Below are positions 57,526 to 64,000 of a stretch of DNA of 64,000 nucleotides, in pieces. The notes beneath the pieces are model-generated. The model saw nothing but the letters and a program-made list of their open reading frames with translations. It searched no databases and was not told the origin of the DNA. The translations under genes were made by a program, and so were the position numbers. The DNA comes from Candidatus Micrarchaeota archaeon (GTDB taxonomy: Archaea; Micrarchaeota; Micrarchaeia; Micrarchaeales; CABMGC01): the NCBI GenBank assembly GCA_021827925.1, contig JAKATZ010000014.1, forward strand, positions 3,551 to 67,550. The letters are read 5' to 3'. The first letter of the stretch is position 1. The number at the start of each line of letters is the position of its first letter.

Positions 57526-57586
57526 GCATTTACTAATTCAGGCAGATTATTATTCCTAGCGCGGAGTGCACCGCGTTCAAGAATCT

Positions 57587-57943
57587 TCAGGCCTTCTTCG
57601 CGATCTCGCCTATTACCGGAATGTGCAGCGTGCTGCCCAAGTATCCGGAATAACCTATGTACATCCCGTACAGCCACGCAAACAGCATGACGAATGGTAT
57701 GAAGAATCCGAAGAAAGGCATCCATATGAATAAGGAGTAGACTATGAGCATTGCTATGCCGTAAAGGACCGACTGGACGGAATGGAACCGCAGCTCCTTG
57801 CTCCTATGAGCGAATAGCAGATAGACTGCAAGTCCGGTGAATATCGGTATGATATATGCAAAGAGTATCCACGCCCTGTCTTCGTTGTTCTTTGCAGACT
57901 TCATGAAAGCACCATGCATCCTTGAACCTGTATTGGATATCAA
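57587..57943 (-). CDS. Small membrane protein (3-4 TM helices)
   Basis: Hydrophobic helices only. No family recognised. Confidence 0.45.
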   Translation of the reverse strand: MISNTGSRMHGAFMKSAKNNEDRAWILFAYIIPIFTGLAVYLLFAHRSKELRFHSVQSVLYGIAMLIVYSLFIWMPFFGFFIPFVMLFAWLYGMYIGYSGYLGSTLHIPVIGEIAKKA

Positions 57944-57985
57944 TATTTATATATCACATATGAACCTTACTGTTTGGCTGAGCCG

Positions 57986-58315
57986 ATGGCCACAATAGAC
58001 GATTTTAAGAAGTTAGAGGTAAGAATAGGCAGGATAGCGAAGGTTTCTGAGATAGAAGGGGCGAAAAGCCCGGTTTACAGGCTTTCCGTGCAGTTCGGAG
58101 GGGAGATAGGCGAAAGGACCATAGTGGCCGGGATCAGAGGTGCTTATACACCGGAGATGCTAATGGAAAAGAAGATTGCATGCATACTCAATCTTGAGCC
58201 GAAGAGTGTCGCAGGGGTTGTTTCAGAGGGCATGCTACTTGCTGCCGACGGAGAGAATGGCCCTGTTCTCCTTGTGCCGGACGGGGATGCAGAAGAAGGA
58301 AGCCTAGTCAGGTGA
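57986..58315 (+). CDS. tRNA-binding domain protein (CsaA/Trbp111-like OB fold)
   Basis: DF.KL..R.G.I..V..I....K.Y.L.V..G...R.IV.G......E.L....I....NL.P......S.GMLLAA. Confidence 0.75.
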   Translation: MATIDDFKKLEVRIGRIAKVSEIEGAKSPVYRLSVQFGGEIGERTIVAGIRGAYTPEMLMEKKIACILNLEPKSVAGVVSEGMLLAADGENGPVLLVPDGDAEEGSLVR

Positions 58316-58325
58316 AGGTGTCTAA

Positions 58326-58880
58326 ATGATAATATGTTTAACTGGACTTCCAGGATCAGGAAAGACCGAAGCTGCGACAATTCTGGTCAGAAGGGGCTTT
58401 GCCGTTTTCGAAATGAGCAGCGTTCTTAAGGAGATGATGAAAGAACGCGGAATTGAAGTTAGCTCTTCGAGCCTTGAGCATTTTGCAAAGGAGATAAAAG
58501 AGGAAAAAGGAGAGGACATAGTGGCCGTTGAGCTTCTGAAGAATATCAGGAAGAGTGAAAAGATAGACATAGTCATATCTGGGGCGAGAAACAGGGACGA
58601 GATAGAATACATAAGGAAAAACCTGGAAAGTGTGTATGTGATTGCAATCATTGCACCGCAGGAGACAAGATTCGGCAGGCTTGTAAGGCAGAGGAGAGAG
58701 GGCGGCATAAGAACGTATGAGGAGTTTCTCTACAGGGAACAGAACAACAAGAAGAACCTGCACATAGATGGGGCGATAGGCATGGCAGATTACACTATAG
58801 AGAACACAGGCACGAAGAGGCAGTTTGAGGAGAAGATAGACAAGGCAGTTGCAGAACTCGAGGAGAGACCATCGTCTTAG
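58326..58880 (+). CDS. P-loop nucleotide kinase-like protein (archaeal UPF0200/dephospho-CoA-kinase-like)
   Basis: MIICLTGLPGSGKT Walker A. ~185 aa with a kinase-like layout. Confidence 0.5.
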   Translation: MIICLTGLPGSGKTEAATILVRRGFAVFEMSSVLKEMMKERGIEVSSSSLEHFAKEIKEEKGEDIVAVELLKNIRKSEKIDIVISGARNRDEIEYIRKNLESVYVIAIIAPQETRFGRLVRQRREGGIRTYEEFLYREQNNKKNLHIDGAIGMADYTIENTGTKRQFEEKIDKAVAELEERPSS

Positions 58881-58894
58881 TGCGTATGCGTGCA

Positions 58895-59248
58895 TCAAGC
58901 GACTTTGAGTAGGATAGGTTCCCTTAACTCGGCATGATCGTGCCTTGCTGCCGTCTTCTGGGTTTGCTTTCTGAGCACCATCACGCCGTGCCTGGTAAGC
59001 GAGAGCGGCCTGTACTCCTCACCTTTCTCGGTAAAATCAAGTATGCCAAGCTTCTTCAGCTTCTTGAGAGTGTACCATATGCCGCTAGGAGATGCAGAGT
59101 ATTTAGAGGATATAAACTCGACAAAGCTTGTCGCAGTGGGAATCTGATCGAATCCTATCTCGGAGAGCATCGCTAGCTCCTTTTCGCTTACCCGAAGGCC
59201 GTCATGGCCTTCAAAAGCACCCCTAACTATAAGTTTTGACGTCTGCAT
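58895..59248 (-). CDS. Winged-helix transcription regulator
   Basis: A YTLKKLKKLGILDF-type recognition helix and wing. Start taken at ATG 59248 (MQTSK) rather than the track start 59323. Confidence 0.5.
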   Translation of the reverse strand: MQTSKLIVRGAFEGHDGLRVSEKELAMLSEIGFDQIPTATSFVEFISSKYSASPSGIWYTLKKLKKLGILDFTEKGEEYRPLSLTRHGVMVLRKQTQKTAARHDHAELREPILLKVA

Positions 59249-59481
59249 ACGAGCACCAGAAAAAAGAAGGAGAACTTTTATGCCCTTATGCAGCCGATCC
59301 CTATAAGACCGTTTATCATGCACCTTACAGCTACGGCTATCAATGATGTTGGCATCCCTGCCTTAAAGCCGAACTCTTCCAGGTGCATGGATAACACTTT
59401 GCTGAATTCCTAATTTTCTATTATCTTCTACTTATTTAAATCTTTTCTACAAAAAAGTTATGTGGTGCTTTGCTACCATCA

Positions 59482-60336
59482 ATGTTGAGGATAGCAGTGC
59501 TTCTTGCGCTTGCACTCATTTATGCCGCATTTGACATGTTCAACAACAGGAATGTGCCGAACTATTTCGTTTACGCTAGCGTGATTATAGCAGCAGTGAT
59601 AACGCTGACATATCCCCTGCATACCGTCTACGTGAGCGCGCTAGTGGCTATAGTAATATTCGCACTCGGGTACATGATTTACAGGAAGGGGTTCCTTGGT
59701 GCAGGAGACGTATTCGAGTTTGTGGCGATAAGCCTTGTGCTGCCAATTCAACCAGCGCCGATATTGGCAGATGTAAGCCAGTTTGGCCTTCCTTTTATAT
59801 TCTCCGTTTTCGTAACCACAGGATACGCGTCGCTGATAGGCATAGTGATATACTACCTTTTCGTGGCAAGGAGAAGCCCGATGGAAAAGGATTTTCGTAT
59901 CGAGAGGCAGAGAATATCAAGTGCCGCGGTGCTGCTGATCTCGTATATCATAATGCTGGCTTTCGTGTATATGGCATTCAGGATCACCATTGCCGCCCTG
60001 GTGCTAGTGCTTCTCATTGCGGTACCATCCGCGCTGGTCATTGTATACGAAAGGAAGATTAACATGAGGATGGTTGCGATGGTTTACCCTGCAGAACTGG
60101 AGGAAGGAGATATGATAGCTACAAATTTGATGAAAAGAAGTGAGATAAGATATTTCAAGTCAAAGGCCAATGGATTCGGCAGGCTTGCCACAAACAGCCT
60201 TATATCAGAGATTAAGGGAATAAAAAGAAGGCTCCCAGTTTACAGGAACGCTGTGCCTCTCGCGTTTTTCGTGCTAGTGGGAGTAGTGGTATCGTTGATT
60301 GTAGGTAACGTGCTGCTTCTGATAGTGACCCTCTGA
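59482..60336 (+). CDS. Archaeal type IV prepilin/preflagellin peptidase (A24; PibD/FlaK/EppA-like)
   Basis: The first catalytic Asp is in FDMFNNRNVPN (D....R.(I/V)PN) and the second in LGAGDVFEF (GxGD). The protein is polytopic. Confidence 0.7.
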   Translation: MLRIAVLLALALIYAAFDMFNNRNVPNYFVYASVIIAAVITLTYPLHTVYVSALVAIVIFALGYMIYRKGFLGAGDVFEFVAISLVLPIQPAPILADVSQFGLPFIFSVFVTTGYASLIGIVIYYLFVARRSPMEKDFRIERQRISSAAVLLISYIIMLAFVYMAFRITIAALVLVLLIAVPSALVIVYERKINMRMVAMVYPAELEEGDMIATNLMKRSEIRYFKSKANGFGRLATNSLISEIKGIKRRLPVYRNAVPLAFFVLVGVVVSLIVGNVLLLIVTL

Positions 60337-60337
60337 G

Positions 60338-61618
60338 CTACCGGCCGCGATCGAACTGCTTGCCATACCTATTAGGGCGCCCGTGTCCTCCTCCGCGTCT
60401 CTCGAAAGGCCTTCCCCTGAATCCGCCTTCCCTGCGTTGGAATCCGCGGCCTCCTTCGTTGCGGAACCCGTGCCTGAAGTCTCCACGGTCCATTACCTCC
60501 CTGCTGAACTTCTCAGTATTCAGGTGCTGTCTTTCCATCCTTATTTTTGCTACATACTCGATATCCTTTATCAGCTCCGCCTGGTTGGATGTGGCTATGG
60601 TAAATGCCCTTCCCTCTTTCCCCATCCTGGCCGACCTTCCTACGCGGTGTACGTATACGTAAGGATCATCTGGGACATCGAAGTTTATGATGTCAGAAAC
60701 GTCCTTTATGTCTATGCCTCTTGCCGCGACGTTCGTTGCGATCAGGAACTTCGCCCTCCCACGGAAGATCCCCATGGAGCGCTCCCTACTGGCCTGTGTC
60801 AGACCGCCGTGAAGCAGAACCACGTCTATGCCTCTTTTCTGTAACGTGTGGAAAAGGTTATTGGCCTCGTACTTGGTATGTGCAAATATTATCGCCTTGC
60901 TGGGATTGTAATGTTCTATGTACGCGAGCATTGCGGCTAGCTTCTGTTCTCTCCGGGTTATGAAGTACATATGCTTTATCTTTTCAGTAGTGATGTTCTC
61001 CTCTTCGCCTATTGTCATGACCCTTGCATTCCGCATGTACCTGCGCGATATCGAGATTATTTTCTCGGGCATTGTCGCTGAGAAAAGCAGCGTCTGCTTT
61101 GACCTCGGCGTTTGAGAAAGAATATACTCAACGTCCTCTATGAAACCCATGTCGAGCATCGTGTCGGCCTCGTCAAGGACAACATACTTCACGGCGTTTA
61201 TGTTAAGCTCCCTGCGTTTTATCATGTCTATTATCCTTCCAGGAGTGCCTATTACTATCCCAACCCCTCTGCGCAGCTTCTGAGCCTGCACGTTTATAGA
61301 TGCACCGCCGTATATAACGGCTACGTTGATGCGCCGTCTGTTTATCTTGTTTGCCGAGTCCGCTATCTGCAGCGCCAGTTCCCTCGTAGGCGCTATCACA
61401 AGAGCCTCTGGCTCGGATGAAGCAACAACATTCTGCATTATAGGTATAAGGAATGAGTAGGTTTTGCCTGTGCCTGTCTTCGCCCTTACTATGATGTCTT
61501 CTCCTGCAAGCGCGGCGGGAATGGCCTCCTGTTGCACTTCAGTAGGATCCGTTATGTGTATGCCCTTAAGGGTCTCTATTAGCTCTCTGTCCAAATTCAT
61601 CTCTTCAAACTTCTTCAC
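60338..61618 (-). CDS. DEAD-box ATP-dependent RNA helicase with an RGG-rich tail
   Basis: Q motif, AKTGTGKT, PTRELA, DEAD, SAT and HRVGRSAR, with a C-terminal RGG/FRG repeat tail. Confidence 0.95.
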   Translation of the reverse strand: MKKFEEMNLDRELIETLKGIHITDPTEVQQEAIPAALAGEDIIVRAKTGTGKTYSFLIPIMQNVVASSEPEALVIAPTRELALQIADSANKINRRRINVAVIYGGASINVQAQKLRRGVGIVIGTPGRIIDMIKRRELNINAVKYVVLDEADTMLDMGFIEDVEYILSQTPRSKQTLLFSATMPEKIISISRRYMRNARVMTIGEEENITTEKIKHMYFITRREQKLAAMLAYIEHYNPSKAIIFAHTKYEANNLFHTLQKRGIDVVLLHGGLTQASRERSMGIFRGRAKFLIATNVAARGIDIKDVSDIINFDVPDDPYVYVHRVGRSARMGKEGRAFTIATSNQAELIKDIEYVAKIRMERQHLNTEKFSREVMDRGDFRHGFRNEGGRGFQRREGGFRGRPFERRGGGHGRPNRYGKQFDRGR

Positions 61619-61775
61619 TTAAAACACCGGAAACAAGGAGTAGGATTCTACCATCTCTTGTTATAAGTAGTTTAACAATATGACCTTCTACTGTTTACTA
61701 TTTAAAAGTATCTCTGTACTTCTGCTTTCAAGAAACAGATAAGGATATAATGCAGGCTGTCCTATATAAAGCTTT

Positions 61776-62264
61776 CTATAGGCGCGCCGCTCCTGAATAC
61801 AGGCCCTCGGATTTCCCCAGATCAGATACCACAGTATCACAGTAATCGCAGCGGAGGGCGGCGGGCGACTCGCTTACAAGACGGAATGACGCAGGCATAT
61901 TCTCGGCGTTCGTTATACAGGAGACATTTGCACATCTTATTATCCCGGTTATAACCGATGGAAGCTGTGCTTTCCTTTTCTCTATTATCTTATAGTCCTT
62001 TATCACGTTGATTGTAGCTCCGGGAGATACAAGAGCCACGATGTTTGCCTCGGTCTCGTGCAGTGTCTTTCCCTCTATCTTGAGCATGTCCTTTTTGCCC
62101 ATCTTGCCGCTTGGTGCATTGATAAGTATTGCGATGGTCTTGCCAGACTTCGAATCTATGCCCAGTATTTTGGGGATGATAATCCCCTTCCCGGTGGTCA
62201 CATGATCTATGACTATGCCATCCTTTATCTTGTTGACTATGAATGCGTCATCCATCTCGTCCAC
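61776..62264 (-). CDS. pyrI: Aspartate carbamoyltransferase regulatory subunit
   Basis: V.KIKDG.VIDH and the zinc domain C.N..C...(x)..C.YC. It overlaps the pyrB stop. Confidence 0.9.
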   Translation of the reverse strand: MDEMDDAFIVNKIKDGIVIDHVTTGKGIIIPKILGIDSKSGKTIAILINAPSGKMGKKDMLKIEGKTLHETEANIVALVSPGATINVIKDYKIIEKRKAQLPSVITGIIRCANVSCITNAENMPASFRLVSESPAALRCDYCDTVVSDLGKSEGLYSGAARL

Positions 62265-63159
62265 CTATCACTTTCAGGAAGATGGCCATCCTTACGGCAA
62301 CGCCGTACGATGCCTGCTCGAAATATTTCGCCTTTCCGCTGGAGTCAACGGCTCGGTCTATCTCTCCGATTCTTGGAAGCGGGTGCATTATTATCGCATT
62401 GTCTTTGAGCATTTCGGCAGTATCAAGGTCGACAACATAGCTGTTCCTGACCCTCTCGTACTCGGAATCATCAGGGAAGCGCTCCTTCTGGACCCTTGTT
62501 ACGTATAGGACGTCTATGCTATCGGCAGCGTCGGATATAGTCTCGCATTCTTCGTATTCGTAGTTTATATAGGCCTTGTAATCGTCGCGGAGGCTGAGCT
62601 GAGGAGGAGAAACGAGATACACTAGGGAGGGGTTGAACTTTGTGAGCAGGTATATGAGGCTGTGGGCAGCACGCCCATACCTGAGGTCTCCGGCTATCGC
62701 GTACGTAAGCCCGTCCACCTTTCCGAACGATTTTCTTACAGTATAAAGGTCTATTACCGACTGTGTGGGATGTTCATGCTTCCCGTCTCCGGCATTGATC
62801 ACTGGTTTGTCGGTTATCTGCGAGGCCAGCTTGGCTGCACCGTCGTTCGGATGGCGCAGGACTATGCAGTCAGAGTAGGAGCTTAGCATGCGCACCGTGT
62901 CAGAAAGGCTCTCGCCCTTGGAGATAGAACTCTCTCCGGATGATCGTATGCTTGTGGTGTTCATCCCCAGCTTCTTTGCCGCAACATCGAAGCTTGCGAA
63001 CGTTCTGGTACTTGGTTCAAAAAACGCAAGCGAGATCATTCTGCCGGAAAGCATACTGCTCTCGGCGCCGGAACCGAAAGCATCGGCAATACCGAATACA
63101 TCCTCGACCCACTCTCTTCCAATGTCAAGGGAGGAGATGACGTCAGGCATAGCAATCAT
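62248..63159 (-). CDS. pyrB: Aspartate carbamoyltransferase catalytic subunit
   Basis: FFEPSTRT, HPTQ, HPLPR and related motifs. Confidence 0.95.
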   Translation of the reverse strand: MIAMPDVISSLDIGREWVEDVFGIADAFGSGAESSMLSGRMISLAFFEPSTRTFASFDVAAKKLGMNTTSIRSSGESSISKGESLSDTVRMLSSYSDCIVLRHPNDGAAKLASQITDKPVINAGDGKHEHPTQSVIDLYTVRKSFGKVDGLTYAIAGDLRYGRAAHSLIYLLTKFNPSLVYLVSPPQLSLRDDYKAYINYEYEECETISDAADSIDVLYVTRVQKERFPDDSEYERVRNSYVVDLDTAEMLKDNAIIMHPLPRIGEIDRAVDSSGKAKYFEQASYGVAVRMAIFLKVIGGRDG

Positions 63160-63195
63160 TTTATGTTTGCACTTGTTGTTTATATAGTAGCGGGG

Positions 63196-64000
63196 TTACA
63201 TCGCCAGCAGCGGGTTTTCTTTCCTGAATATAAAGTACCTGAAAAATGCGTAGAAGAGGAAGGTTGACGCACCGAAGGCCATGTATCCGAGATATCCCTC
63301 GATCGGCATCTCGAAGAGCCTTATGTTCAGGATTACGCCAGGCAGAGTGTAAACCCATTTTGGGTAGGCCTGGTAGTTCCAGAATTCCCAGAAGAATCCC
63401 ATTATCAGCCCGGCAACGCTGACCTGGAAGAGTATGCTCTTCTTTCCTTCGCTGGCCTTGCGAAGCAGGCTAGGCCTATCCATCAGGTAATTCAGAGGGT
63501 CGAAAAGGAGGCATAGCCCTATCCACATTGATATGAATCCGAGAGGCCCTATGAACAGCGGAAGTAGCGTTATTACAAGACCTAATACTGCAAGCGCCTT
63601 TATTGCCAGCGTGTTTCCTTTCTTTCCCCGTGCCACTCGTACGTCAAGCCTGGAACCGAACCGGAGGGCATGCAGCACTGCGAACGTTTCCAGAACGGCG
63701 GGCAGTATTGTGGCAAAATCGAAGATGTGCACATACCACACATAGTTTATGTACTGCCAGCTGTGCGTGAAAATGTTGTAGAATTCAAATATCAGCCAGA
63801 AAGGAATGGATATCGCAAGCATGAATGCGAACTCCCGCGTGTATGAGCATATGAAGGACTTGCCTTTTATCTTGAACAACAGGCTGTCCACGAATAATAT
63901 GTATCCTGACCACACTATTACTATGTACCACTCCGCGAATGGCTGCACAACAGCGTAGAAGTTAATTTCTGCGAAGAGAATGAGCAGCAAGCCAAGGTAG
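63196..64000 (-). CDS. Polytopic membrane protein, probably 5'-truncated by the window edge
   Basis: The frame stays open to the window end; the track start 63990 is TTG. About seven aromatic-rich hydrophobic helices. No family recognised. Confidence 0.45.
   Translation of the reverse strand, partial: YLGLLLILFAEINFYAVVQPFAEWYIVIVWSGYILFVDSLLFKIKGKSFICSYTREFAFMLAISIPFWLIFEFYNIFTHSWQYINYVWYVHIFDFATILPAVLETFAVLHALRFGSRLDVRVARGKKGNTLAIKALAVLGLVITLLPLFIGPLGFISMWIGLCLLFDPLNYLMDRPSLLRKASEGKKSILFQVSVAGLIMGFFWEFWNYQAYPKWVYTLPGVILNIRLFEMPIEGYLGYMAFGASTFLFYAFFRYFIFRKENPLLAM

Noticed and set aside
1-64000. A search by eye for CRISPR arrays, rRNA, IS elements or transposases, and long direct nucleotide repeats
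   Set aside because: None was found. The only repetition is at protein level (the three nucleotidyltransferase paralogues, the two phosphodiesterases and the repeats in the surface protein), plus the shared 5' halves of the two tRNA-Leu genes.

Overview
This is a gene-dense archaeal chromosomal segment with about 70 genes. I saw no rRNA, CRISPR array, transposase or integrase. The archaeal origin follows from gene content:
- a split RNA polymerase operon, rpoH-rpoB''-rpoB'-rpoA'-rpoA'' (18.4-25.6 kb)
- MCM, PCNA, RNase P Rpp21, RtcB, Trm1, DtdA and an Sm protein
- the conserved rpoD-L18e-L13-S9-rpoN-S2 cluster (53.3-56.3 kb, minus strand)

Other genes present are a bacterial-type HTH-grpE-dnaK-dnaJ operon, purA/purB, pyrB/pyrI, glyA, TrpRS, MetRS, a presenilin-type protease, a prepilin peptidase with a pilin-like gene, and a carboxy(nor)spermidine dehydrogenase/decarboxylase pair.

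I found three tRNA genes by eye. Two of them (Leu-CAA and Ala-GGC) carry an insertion at the same position inside the T-loop, which I read as non-canonical introns. By inference only, this fits a DPANN/Micrarchaeota-like (ARMAN-like) or related lineage.

The most unusual locus is 25.7-30.4 kb, directly downstream of rpoA''. Archaea normally carry L30e-nusA-S12-S7 there. Here there are three tandem, strongly diverged paralogues of a ~320-aa Pol-beta-type nucleotidyltransferase, all with an intact GS...SDxD motif. They are followed by an alkaline-phosphatase-superfamily phosphodiesterase. I do not recognise this combination as a described system.

Secondary oddities:
- a C39-like peptidase and a GH73-like glucosaminidase flanking the intron-containing tRNA-Leu
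- a heavily sequon-rich surface protein
- a pilin-like gene fused onto the end of the ribosomal-protein operon
- an nspC homologue whose homology extends upstream of any canonical start codon

All family assignments come from motif recognition by eye. No searches or folding programs were run. Many start codons are uncertain because the ORF track often begins at upstream GTG/TTG codons.
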